Part shown: positions 21,986-34,599 of the stretch, piece after piece
Position numbering within the stretch: the first letter of the stretch is position 1
Layout of the letters: the number at the start of each line of letters is the position of its first letter
Source of the DNA: Eledone cirrhosa
Taxonomy: Eukaryota
Direction of reading: 5' to 3'
NCBI GenBank assembly: GCA_964016885.1
Contig: OZ024741.1
Location: 320,540,001 to 320,604,000 of the forward strand
Length of the DNA stretch: 64,000 bases
The notes under the pieces: generated by a model
Seen by the model: the letters and a program-made list of their open reading frames with translations, nothing else
What the model was told of the DNA's origin: nothing
The model's database searches: none
Translations under genes and position numbers: made by a program

Positions 21986-21990
<5 letters not shown>
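20561..21990 (+). repeat. Inverted ORF end + pLTR (~1.43 kb inverted repeat of 18769-20201)
   Basis: Reverse complement of the adjacent unit with a 359 bp spacer; ends CCTAT|(TA)n. Confidence 0.92.
21882..21975 (+). ncRNA. Hammerhead in inverted arm, cleavage triplet mutated GTC>GCC
   Basis: C at 21969 replaces U16.1. Confidence 0.75.
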
Positions 21991-22046
<56 letters not shown>

Positions 22047-22050
<4 letters not shown>

Positions 22051-22984
22051 TAATATTTGATGAACATTTACATCTTATAGTTGCAATTGACTAATAAGAT
22101 CGCTAGAGTGAAAAATCTTAATTCTACAACATAAGGTCTGCCTGTACGATCTAGAAAATAATAAATCAATACTCACAGACTCATATGGGCAAAAAGCCTT
22201 GGTACCTAGACACGTTTAAAATTCAAAATACAAACTTTTTCCGCAGATCGGTCAGAACTTCAAATTTCAAACATGTTTCACAAAGGATGGTATAATAGTA
22301 AAATAATTAACTAATTAGCAGTGAGTTAATCAACTTTTTCTGTGTTTATCAATAGGTACCCAGATAAAAATAAAATAACTCTACCTCAGAAAAATATCTA
22401 AGGTCTGGTTAGCGTAGCGAAAATACACGAGGTTTTGCACACGGCTTATTCCAGTCCTCTAACGTCCCACACATAGTGCTAGAAATAACAGCCGTTTATA
22501 TGGGATTACAAAATTCAGCTCACCTGGGGGAGCAGTGATAAAAAGCTTAGAGTTTAGACTCAAAGAGGTCATTTACAATCATTTCAGCTCTAGGAATCGC
22601 TTCTGAGCAGTATAAATTAATATTTGATGAACATTTACATGTTATAGTTGCAATTGACTAATAAGATCGCTAGAGTGAAAAATCTTAATTCTACAACATA
22701 AGGTCTGCCTGTACGATCTAGAAAATAATAAATCAATACTCACAGACTCATATGGGCAAAAAGCCTTGGTACCTAGACACGTTTAAAATTCAAAACACAA
22801 ACTTTTTCCGCAGATCGGTCAGAACTTCAAATTTCAAACATGTTTCACAAAGGATGGTATAATAGTAAAATAATTAACTAATTAGCAGTGAGTTAATCAA
22901 CTTTTTCTTTGTTTATCAATAGGTACCCAGATAAAAATAAAATAACTCTACCTCAGAAAAATATCTAAGGTCTGGTTAGCGTAG
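22047..22984 (-). mobile_element. Non-coding ~567 bp tandem unit (1.65 copies) with HHR-like motif
   Basis: 22047-22417 repeated at 22614-22984; minus strand TTGATAA-ACAAAG...CTTTGT-GAAA-CAT-GTT at 22835-22921 and 22268-22354; stem I weak. Confidence 0.55.
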
Positions 22985-25900
22985 TTTTACAATAGATTAA
23001 AAGCACTCTACAGTGAAGTTTTCTGGGGTTATTAATATTATTCAGAATATTAATAAATGAAGACATTCACATAATCAAAATATATGTTTTATTATATATA
23101 TTTCGAAGGTACTGTGTTGTTTTTTCAGTACGTCCTTGTCAGATAAAATAGATGAATTGATGTATGACATACCTCAACGGTCATGATAGTTCAATTCCAG
23201 TATTGGCAGTGATTTATTACAACAAATCTCAACATTTATATACCACAAATAATAACATGATAAATTTAAATTTAAAGAAGAAGAGGACGTGGAGCGAGAT
23301 AGGGATTTAAGGAGGAGGTGAATATGAGGAGATGCAAGAAAAAAATTAAATAAATACATACATACATAAATATTCAAATGAGTAAATAGATGTATTAGGG
23401 AAGAAATATATAAAAAGACGAAAAAAAAGGAAGAAAGAGAGAAGAAGAAAGAAGAAATAACGACAAAAAAGAAAGAAATGAGGTGGGTAGATAGACAGAC
23501 CGTTGTTTTCAAATATTAAGTCAAATTGAGGCAACCAATTAAATAACATGAATTTTTTAATATCTTTTGTATTAGGTTTAAGCTAATTATACTTATATAT
23601 TATATAAAAATTAAACAAAAATTATTTTCTATAGCCGTCAGATACATAGTTTAAATAAGTAATACATTCACCAAATATTTTGTTACAACTTTTAAAAACA
23701 TTTTTATCTTTAAATAATTATTAAGTGTATTAGGATATTTATTAAAACACATATATCACATCAGTACATATTTTTTTTTATATTAAGATCATTTATTATC
23801 TGAGTTATTCTATTTTCTTTATAAAATCATTGATTGTCATTTAATTACAGGATTAAGTTGCAGTTATATTTATTTTCAAAAGTTTTATTATTTCATATTT
23901 TCGTCAGTAATTACTTATTATTATATATAGTTTCCCTTTAAGGATTTTCATATATTATTAAACTGCATAATTCAAGTTAATATATAATTTAGCAAGCTAT
24001 TCAGACAGAACAAAATTATTTACGAAGAATATAAGCAAAGGAAGATAACTCGTTCATCATATGTGAACATTTAAAACATTTAAGTACTTTGAAACCAGAA
24101 GATATTTCAAACCACAAACCAAGAAATTTCTAGTTAAACAATGACCTTTCTAAATCCAAACAAAGGATACTGAGACTCATAATGAAATTAATTTACTAGA
24201 TAAAAATGACTAAAAGAAAAAAAAAAAAAAATTTTCAGTAAGGCAAAAAGTTATATATCTAATTTTTTTAAAAATTATTAATAGTCAATATTTTTTAGAA
24301 ATTTGTATAATGCTTGGAAACTCCTACCAGACTTATGTTGACAGCTGCTAAATAACTCATTTTTCTTATTAATGTGAAATGTAGCGTCTTGCTCAATAGA
24401 GTCTCTAGATTGCAAAGATTGCAATTTGGTGAAATGGATGCGTTCTGGTAGGAATCAGATATCTTTAACTTACTCCAAGAAATTTAGTATTTGATATTTT
24501 TGTCCTTCAAAGACCATATTAATTGTGAGAGTGATGTTGAAAATTTTTTTATCTGGATTAGAAAAAGAATGTTTATGATTGTAAAAGCGATATTTAAACT
24601 TAGATGAAGTGGCACCAATGTAGTTATATGTATTATTATTATTTGTCTTAATGGTATATTCTTGTCAAGGCAGTTATTTTGTAAGGGACATTCAGATTTT
24701 CTTCTACAGTTACAATTCATCTCTATGTTATTTCTATAACTTATTCTATTCGTATTATTACTATTATTTAGAGGTGTTCTACTATTATTCGTATTTAAAC
24801 TAGTATTATTGTTATTCCAATTAACTATTGTATTATTATTATTATTGTTATTATCGCTAATTATATGTTGGTTCAAATTAAGGTTTTTACTATATATTTT
24901 TGCTATATTTTGAGCAATATTCATAGTTGTTGAATAAGAGAGTGTGTCTATTGAAGATAGAGTAATACTTATGTAATCTAGGGAAACATTTATCCAAGGC
25001 TTTAAAAAATAAATGTGTTATATGTGTTTTAATAGTTAAAGATGCTGGCGGAGCATACACAATTATAGATCTAGTCCTTATTTTTTTCCCCGATTTATTC
25101 CTCAAGTTGTTGTTATTACAGTCATTTCTATTATTAGCAGTTATTATGAAAACTGCGATTATAATTAATATTATTTTTTTCCACATGCTCAATATTATTT
25201 TTATATCCTGCTTTATGTAACGCTTCGTTATAATATACAGCTTTACTATTAAATATGGATCTATTAGCAGATAGTCTGGATATTCATTGTTGGACACTGT
25301 TGACTATTGCATTCTTAACACTTTTAGGATGATTAGAATAAAAACTAACATAATTTAAGTTTTCATTGAGTTTATGGAAGGGGTAATAGAGGCCTGTGTT
25401 CAAATTAAGAATTACATCTAAAAATTTAACTATTTTATTGTTATTTTCTACTTCTAATTTCAGGTCATAATTTTTAAAGAATTCTATAATTACTTTCTTT
25501 ACTCTATTTAATTCACTATTATTATGTTTAACCACAGTAAATAATATGTCGTCTCTATATAAACCAGCAGTAATCTCCGGCAGTTTTCTCTTTATCATAT
25601 TAAGGATGAAAATTCCCACAAGATCGGTAACTTGCGCCGAATCACACGAGCTCATAGTAATGTAAAAGTTGTTATGCCTATCAGAACTAGTCCAAAAATC
25701 ATTATTAAAATCTATCAAGGTTCGCCTAGCTGTTAAAATGATATTTATCTCATCACTAGATAGATCCGTGTGCTTATATGCATATGAAAGCGCCTTATTT
25801 AGTAGGTTACGAGTTATTGAGGAGTAATAACTCGCTATAAAAGGAATAATAACTCGCTATAAAAGGAGTAATAACTCGCAATATTTTGTTGTAACAAAAT

Positions 25901-26325
25901 ATTTGGTGAATGTATTACTTATTTAAACTATGTATCTGACGGCTATAGAAAATAATTTTATTTGTTTAATTTTGATATAATATATAAGTATAATTAGCTT
26001 AAACCTAATACAAAAGGTATTAAAATTGTCATGTTATTTAATTGGTTGCCTCAATTTGACTTAATATTTGAAAACAACGGTCTGTCTATCTACCCCCTCA
26101 TTTCTTTCTTTTTTGCCGTTATTTCTTCTTTCTTCTCCCTTTCTTCCTTTTTTTGTCTTTTTACATATTTCTTCCCTAATACATCTATTTACTCATTTAA
26201 ATATTTATGTATTTTATCAGACGAGGACGTACTGAAAAAACAACACAGTACCTTCGAAATATATATAATAAAACATATATTTTGATTATATGAATGTCTT
26301 CATTTATTAATATTCTGAATAATAT
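22985..26325 (-). mobile_element. Decayed 5'-truncated PLE with inverted pLTR
   Basis: RT fragments TMSSCDSAQVTDLVG, GLYRDDILF, FLDVILNL and CNCRRKSECPL at 24290-25840; 25880-26325 inverts parts of 23030-23690; HHR remnants 23087-23148 (-, CTGACAA) and 26212-26273 (+, CAGACGA). Confidence 0.88.
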
Positions 26326-26376
26326 ATATATATATATAATATTAATAAACGGTAACTATCTTTATAAAACCATTTT

Positions 26377-26437
26377 TATTATATTATATATATTTCAAGG
26401 GTAGCAAAATTTTGGTATGCACTCATCAGATAAAATA
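26377..26437 (-). ncRNA. Minimal hammerhead in short PLE-end insert 26337-26532
   Basis: TATTTTAT-CTGATGA-...-GAAA-TATAT-ATA^-ATATAATA; homologous to 7602-7662. Confidence 0.7.
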
Positions 26438-26616
26438 CAAATGTTGTTTTACAGATAGTGAACTATTCAAACTAGAACTTAATGTTTTGAGTTCTATTTG
26501 AATAACTCATTGCTTAAATAACTCATTGCTAATATATATATATATAAAGAATTAGTATATCTACCAACATATATATACAGATGTATACCTATGCATTTTT
26601 CATATATATATATATA

Positions 26617-27072
26617 AATGGAATAGAATGAAACGAAATTTCATTTCTCACTCTTAGTTCGGCACTTACTTAAATGTAAGTACGTATGTATGTATACGTA
26701 CATACATATATGTATACAGACGTACAGTAGTATGTATATATATACATACATGCACACATATATATATGCACGTATCGGTTTACGGAACATTTATTATAAT
26801 GCTCGGTTTGTTTGTTTGTAAACAAACAGCCCGAATTACGCCGTAAAATTTTTAGGCAACCACGTCACCTTTTTGTTCAACACAAAACTGCCTAAAAACT
26901 GTACAGCGTAATTCGGGCTGTTTATTTGTTTACAAACAAACAAACCGAGCATTATAATAAATGTTCGGTTAACCGATACGTGCATATATATATGTGTGCA
27001 TGTATGTATATATATACATACTACTGTACGTATGTATACATATATATATATGTACGTATACATACATACATA

Positions 27073-27075
<3 letters not shown>
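26617..27075 (-). mobile_element. Fold-back copy of the 428 bp retrozyme-like family
   Basis: Homologous to 63277-63805 and 53942-54200; internal inversion near 26885; (TA)n flanks. Confidence 0.75.
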
Positions 27076-27547
<472 letters not shown>

Positions 27548-27999
27548 TATATATATATATATATATGTCATTACACCGAACCGAATGACATGTGGAAAAT
27601 ATGTAAAAGTACTTGCATTATTATTTACATGTATGTGTGTGTTTTCATGTGTGCACATTTTTATTTATGTTTGTGTATATAAACGTATAGAAAGAAACTG
27701 AAACTTCAAAACACACGTGATCTTATATCTACATAAATTGAAAAAGAAATATGAAGGGAAATATAAGCACATATAGAGAAACGCACAAAAACACATAGAT
27801 ATATGTCCTCTAACTCCTCCCACATAGACAGAAATATAATTACTATATGAGAGCTAGTAATATAGCATGATTGATACGTGACTGGTTGTTGTGTATTGAA
27901 TGATATACGAAGTATTCATGTAATTAAACATCTTCACCGCCTTGCTATGAATGTTAAAATGGTGAATTTCACCGATGGTTAATAGCAACACTAGGTGAA

Positions 28000-28320
28000 G
28001 GCGAATGGCTTAGTGGTTAGAGCGTTGGGATTGCAATCCTGAGGTTATGAGTTCGATTCCCGACCAAATGGTGGGTTATACAAGACACTTTATTTCACGT
28101 TGCTCCAGTTCACTCAGTTGTAGAAATGAGTTGCGACGTCACTGGTACCACAATGAGTCAGCCATTGCCTTTCCGTTTGACAACATCGATGGTGTGGAGA
28201 GGGGAGGCTAATATGCATGGACGACTGATTGTCTTCCACAAACAAACCTTGCCCAGGCATATTCTTCGGTGGGAAACTTTCTAGTTGCAAAACCATGGTC
28301 ATTTGTGACCGATGGGGGCC
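28000..28320 (+). mobile_element. tRNA-derived SINE (second family)
   Basis: TGGCTTAGTGGTTAGAGCG A-box/D-arm, GAGTTCGATTCC B-box, then a non-tRNA body CAAGACACTTTATTTCACGTTGCTCCAG. Confidence 0.75.
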
Positions 28321-28599
28321 TTCTAAATATAGCAATTAAGGAAGGGCCCACTAACGGCTATTTCTGGTTCGGTAACTGTCTTCAGAGGGACTAATTCCAC
28401 TTGGATGCTAAGACGAAAATAAGCTTATAGTACTTTTGCTTATGAACATCGACTGATGAAGCTCATTTGCATACAAAACAAAAGCTGTTGGGCTCTAATT
28501 AATGAGAGATAGTAATGCTCTCTCATAGCATGACTGATACCTGACTGGGGCTGTATTTTGAATAATCTACGAAATGTTCTTGTAAAGATGTATGTATGT

Positions 28600-29287
28600 A
28601 TGTTCTTCTGGTTTTTACCAAAAGAGAGACGATTTCTAACATAGATACAAGACTCTCTCATTGGAATTTAAACATCAACTAGGTAAATATGTATGTATGT
28701 CTCCCTGCATGCATGTGTGTGCAGGTATGGATGTTAATGTATGCGTGGATGAGAATGTTTTGAGTTATATGTGTGCATGTGCATACGCTTTGTACAAGTG
28801 TACAAGTGTATATGAAGTTATTAGATGCAAAATTATTGGAATGTTTTACATATTTTTACTGTTCCATTAATGGATTGTACTTCTAATTTCCTAACTAGCC
28901 GTGTTCTTTCTGTTTCTGTGAAGCCTAGTTTCTCAAGATTTGTACTAAGGTAGTTACTAACATATCCCAGTTCCCCATTAATCACAGGTATAAATCTGAA
29001 GGTATAGTTAGGGTGGAGTATCTGCAGATTTCTCATTAGTTCTGCATAAATATTCTCCTTTTCGCTAATCTTTGATATTATATTGGTATCTGCTGGACAA
29101 CTAACTTCCACTACTGTGCATGCCTTCTTTTCCCAGTCCCATATCATTATATTTGGTCTGTTATGTTTACATTTTATTCGGGTTTTGGCAGGAACATTCC
29201 GTTAGTACTCTTTAATGCTGTCTTCCATACTGCTGTAACTTTTAATGTGTTTATTGTCGGGGCTATGTTTTCTACGGATTGCATTGT
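28600..29287 (-). mobile_element. 5'-truncated RLE-type non-LTR retrotransposon (family A) in (CATA)n
   Basis: KCKHNRPNIMIWD...VVEVSCP...EKENIY...IPVINGELG resembles a PD-(D/E)xK restriction-like endonuclease C-terminus; (TATG)n on both sides; homologous to 39664-40205. Confidence 0.75.
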
Positions 29288-29327
29288 ATGTATGTATGTA
29301 TGTATGTATGTATGTATGTATGTATGT

Positions 29328-29527
29328 TTTCTCTTTCTCTTAATTTCGAGTATATTTTTTGACCGGCCACCTTCCTGGTGGCAAGGTTGTAAAAGAAAAG
29401 AAATTGTCATCCCTTGAATCGCAAGAATGTTTTGCATATTTTGAAGGTGCCAGCTATCGCAGCCATTTGTAGACTATGAATTAGGGAGCTGCGCTTTTTG
29501 TCCGCAAATCCAAGTTCGGTCATACTT
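29328..29527 (-). mobile_element. RLE-LINE family B 3' fragment
   Basis: Reverse complement of 39453-39656; (TATG)n flanks. Confidence 0.75.
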
Positions 29528-29589
29528 TGTATGTATGTATGTATGTATGTATGTATGTATGTATGTATGTATGTTTGTATGTTTATGTC

Positions 29590-30805
29590 AGGTCACCAGT
29601 TGGTGCTACTGGTAACATGTATCCCAGTACAACCTGTCTCATGGTCGGGTCGTTGGCGACTAAACTGGCAATCCCACCAAGGTTTCTTGGTGAGGAGGGT
29701 GACTTTGGACATCCTGCAGGACTAAAAACAAAACCTGTCAAAGGGCAAAGGAGCTCTTAAGAGTCAATGGCCATCCAAAATCACTGGGAGAGATGACCCC
29801 TTAGCCTTTGTCAAGGCAGAATTCTAGGAGAAGGAAAACTCTGATATAACACCTGCAACTCTGATGGTATCCAATGATGTTGACTTGTTCTTCTTTTTGG
29901 TAAATATCATCTTGGTTAAGAGAGTGGGACTGGCTTTGTGCAGTGCCTTTGCTCACTATAAAAGCTTCACGGCACAGGCATTGCTTTATATCTGGAGATC
30001 TCTCTGCACTTGTCGTCACATGGTACCATGGGCCTAGCACTGTGTCAATAATTGTCACAGGTGTAGTGTTTGTACCAGAGTTTTTCAAGTCGCTGGCTGG
30101 ACTAAAGTCACATTCGTTCAGTGCATTGGTAGGAGTTCTCCTACATGGATATAAAGTAGTGGCCGTACTCGAAAACGAGTTGGCAGCCACCATGTATGTA
30201 TGTATGTATGTATGTATGTGTATGTATTTATGTGTGTGTGTGTATGTATATATGTATATACATAAAACCTGCGGCTCAGAAGTTACCGATGATGTTGATC
30301 TTTTCTTCTTTTCGGGTTATAGCTACTGTCGCTCAGAGAGTGGGATTGGCTCAGAGTTTTCAAGTCGTTGGCTGGACTAAAAAGTCACACTCGTTCAGCG
30401 CATCGGTAGGGGTTCTCCTACATGGATATAAAGTAGTGGCCGTACTCGAAAACGAGTTGGCAGCCACCATGTATGTATGTATGCATGTATATATATATGT
30501 GTGTGTATGTGTGTGTATGTATGTACGTATGTGTGTATGTGTGTATGTATATATGTGTGTGTGTGTGTATGTATATATGTATATACATAAAACCAGCGGC
30601 TCAGAAGTTACCGATGATGTTGATCTTTTCTTCTTTTCAGGTTATAGCTACTGTCGCTCAGAGAGTGGGATTGGCTCAGTGCACAGTCTTTCCTCACTTT
30701 AAAAGAAATCTTGACGCGCAGGCATTACACGATAGCATTAATTGATAATTATTAATAATGTTATATCGTGCAATGACCATACTTGATAGCGAGGGGGAAG
30801 CCATC
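29590..30805 (-). mobile_element. Stack of non-coding (CATA)n-associated repeats (29590-30192, 30265-30470, 30588-30805)
   Basis: Mutual homology and homology to 212-670; separated by (TATG)/(TG) microsatellites; shared termini GGCAGCCACCAT / GG(C/A)AGCCAT. Confidence 0.6.
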
Positions 30806-32453
30806 ATATATGTATGTATGTATGTATGCATATATGTATGTACTTACAACACTAACCTCAGACTTACAAAAAGAGTGTTAAAGCACGTTAAACAACTACG
30901 AGTAAACTAAGGAAGATTTCATTAGTTCGATCCTTTCTATTGTCTACCAATCTATATTGATCAGCTACTATTAGTTGAATTAATATTGGCGTAATCTTCC
31001 CAGAATTAATCAATCAGTGTAATAGGATTCTCTGGGTCGATATGATCACTAACATAATCACAAATAATCAATAGGCCGATTTCTTCTGAACGTCTTCAGA
31101 CGCCGAGATTCTTCATTATTTCATTGGCCATTCGATTTAATGGCTCAAATGTTGAATGCATGAAAGGTGAATTTAACTACTGCCGTTGTTATTTGAACTC
31201 ACAGTACAAAGAGCAATAATTTGGTCGTTAATCATTAGATTATTACCGTTGCAAATCTTTTCTGTCAAATATTTTCTTCTTTATGTTAGTCAAAAGATGT
31301 GATGCAAGAACTATATAGACTTGATCAGCAAGTCTATTTTCTTGACATTTACATTGATTAAGTGTTTATAACGTTAAGATTTTTTGCTATACCTCCATTG
31401 AAGAATAGTTAGAAGGACTTTTTTCACAAGGATAGAGCAGGTCTGACGCCAAGATTTAAGACTTCGAGTAGATGCCTATGTGAGGAAAGATAGTGAAACA
31501 TGAAAAGTAGTATCATTTGCATGGGAATGAGTTGTTAAAAGTAACAGCAAGTTACTGCTGTTTGTTCCCACGTCAGCCCTTCTCAAGAAAACCGATTAAG
31601 GATGACGTTCTTCGTGACTATCTGGAAATTTTGTTTCGGATAGTGTGACCATGTTTCGTGTGACAGTAATAATCGATATTAAAATCATGAGCGAATCACT
31701 GAAGTAGAGTGGGCTCAAATAGAAAGAATGAGAAGTGGAGGGAGAAAACTTCATCAACATGTACTACAACAGTGTGGTTTGACGAAAACTTCCTATACCG
31801 GAAATGAGGGGCAAATATAGACTTTAGACCGGCAGCATGTCAAAGACACATTAGACGACTCTGGGTGGTGTCATGTGCAACAAAGCTGCTTTCGTTAAAT
31901 GTCTCAAGGATGAAGGATCTCGGGTGGTTAAAACCAAATTAAATGACTGGTAGATCTGGATCGACTGAAGCCATACTGTTGGACACAGGATTGGTATAGA
32001 CATTTGAGAATGAGCGAAAAGCTAAGCAGCCTTTTATCCAGTTTTTTATGTTCTGATTTTATGTTTGCCTGCCATCTTCCTGGGGTCGATAAGAAAAACG
32101 TACCAATCAAGGATTGGGTCGATACAATCGACTTTCCTTTTCCCACAATTACAAGTCTTATGTCTAGATTAGAAAACACCGAAGAGGAAAAAAAAAGATA
32201 AATGCTCCATTCACAAACGATGTGTACCTCCCACATGTTTTATCTCGCCACGTTATTTACCCAACACATCATCATATAACACTTTCGACTGCTCGAATCA
32301 GAGACCATTTCTTCCATAAACTCTCCCTTAACTCCTTCAGGTGCGCTTGTGCGACTTGATGGTCTGAAATTTCTACATTTCCACAAATTCAATACACACA
32401 TAATATCAATTACTTTACCATTAACCGCACTACACAAAAAAAGACATCGCGCG

Positions 32454-32536
<83 letters not shown>

Positions 32537-33992
32537 ACACAGACACACACACGTCCGCACGTACAACATTCATTACTACTCACTCGTACGCACATAAATA
32601 TTACTACATATCCATACAGCCTTGCCCACTTGCTTGTTTATGATTGTCCAATTTAATTATGACTATCTCACCGTCTTTTGACAGGGAATCTTGCAGTGAC
32701 TGTAAATCGGAATCATTGATGTTCAACATATAAAGGCTTAAATATAGAAGATAGTTATTAGTCTGCGAGTATGACACTTTTCTCCCTTCTCCTCGTTGTG
32801 CTGAATGCATTTCTCTTCCATATTCTCAACCTTGATGTCCGACAGACTGCATATTCCACAACCTCAACCAACTAGGTTACGTTGCCAGTCTTCTTGCTGT
32901 CTTGAATCTATATCCAGTGTGAATGCACTGAGATTTGCAAATGTCTTTTTGCAATCCTAATCCCACGTTACCATGTGTATGAAAGTTCTCCTACGCACAT
33001 ATACACATATACCACATAATACATACATACAAGCACACGCAAATGCACTCACGCTTTACATCACAATGCTTCTATTTATTAAAGAAGAAAACACCCGAAA
33101 GCAAACAACATACATACGATATACACAAATGACATATTACACACACATAATGTATATACAGACACAATTCAGCATACGTATACTCACTTACACATGTAGA
33201 CGCGCACATATATGTAGACAGACCAACTAACACAGGAATACAGACCACAGACAAAACATACAAACACAAAATGTACATACTATACATTACACACACACAT
33301 CCGCACATCTACCTACGTACGCAACGCACACACAAACCGACCTACGCATAAACGTACACAATACCCATCTCGATTTCACGCCAATATTCACATACACTCA
33401 GAAAAAAAGCATCAATTTACTTAAGAAAATACAGACTCGATCATTATCTCTCATCACAAACTTTTTCATAGATGCTTTTTTACCTATCTTCTTCAGTTAT
33501 TCGTTCCATACCATGTCAGTTGTCAATTATAGAATTCTCTTTCTTCTGTCCTGTTTTCCCAAAACAGATAATATTAATTTTTTGAAGTTTGAAACTAGAT
33601 ATTGATTTCTTAGTTAATCAAAAGGCCAGAAAATATGAGCGAAAGGCAAAGTTAACTAATTCAACATAGTACATGTATGGTACTTTATATATACGGAATG
33701 ATAAAAAGAATGCTGTCTTGGGTGTATTTCAACTCAGAGAGTTAAGAACCAGAACCAATGCAACAATGGTGTTTTAGACAATCACCGGCCTTAGTGTAAA
33801 ACTAATATTATTCAGTAGGTAATCCTGTTTCGTCTGAGGTTTTATGCTGCCTTCTTTTATTTAGCTCCTTTTATTCTATTTCTTGGGAGTCTTAGCACAC
33901 TGACGCACAATTAGAGTCTCTGATTCTCTGACTTCCTATTTCAATTATTCAGTATCTATATTTATATACACACACGCCTACACACAGACGTC

Positions 33993-34083
<91 letters not shown>

Positions 34084-34424
34084 TGCATGTGCGTGTGTGT
34101 GTGTGTTTGCGTGTGTGTGTGCGTGCGTGTGTGCATACGTGCGTATATGTGTTTGTCTCTGTGTGTGTGCGATTAATTACTGCAAAAACGGTCAAGCAAA
34201 TAATACAGTTCAATGAAGAATTATATTAGTTTAACGCTTGATATATTATGAAAAAAATATTAACGTTTCGGAGACTGGCCCGTTCTGAAGAAGAAATAGA
34301 GAAATAGAAAGATAAAGAGTGAGAAGAGGAAGAAATGGGGAAACTTGTTTTGGGGAAAAGCACTTGCGTGTTCAGTCAGCCATTTTTTGAGAAAAACTAT
34401 ATCTAAAACCACACACAAACACAC

Positions 34425-34480
<56 letters not shown>

Positions 34481-34599
34481 TATCTTCTTTTTGTGTGTTA
34501 ACAATATAATACAATTATAATAGATTGAAGTGAAAACCAACAGATGCGTGTGGTTTTATTGGCAACATAGATAGATAGATAGATGGATGGATAGATATA

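Larger units (their letters stand above)
8058..21990 (-). mobile_element. Tandem array of a Penelope-like retroelement (Naiad-like): ~3.5 units of ~3544 bp plus 5' inverted segment, in (TA)n
   Basis: Near-identical units at offsets 3546/3544/3544; RT+GIY-YIG ORF; ~1.3 kb pLTR/3'UTR between ORFs; inversion junction at 20555/20561; (TA)n at both ends. Confidence 0.95.

Noticed and set aside
30100-30192. HDV-like ribozyme at the RLE-associated terminus
   Set aside because: A P1-like helix exists but no P3/L3 or P1.1 could be fitted.
32260-32960. Possible small minus-strand host exons (e.g. AG...LYMLNINDSDLQSLQDSLSKD...GTGAG)
   Set aside because: Splice-like signals are present but there is no recognisable protein or consistent exon chain; needs RNA-seq.
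33962-34229. ORFs rich in VC/HT/YI/MYVC or poly-L/Y here and across the window
   Set aside because: Translations of (TG)n, (TA)n, (TATG)n and (CTA)n microsatellites.
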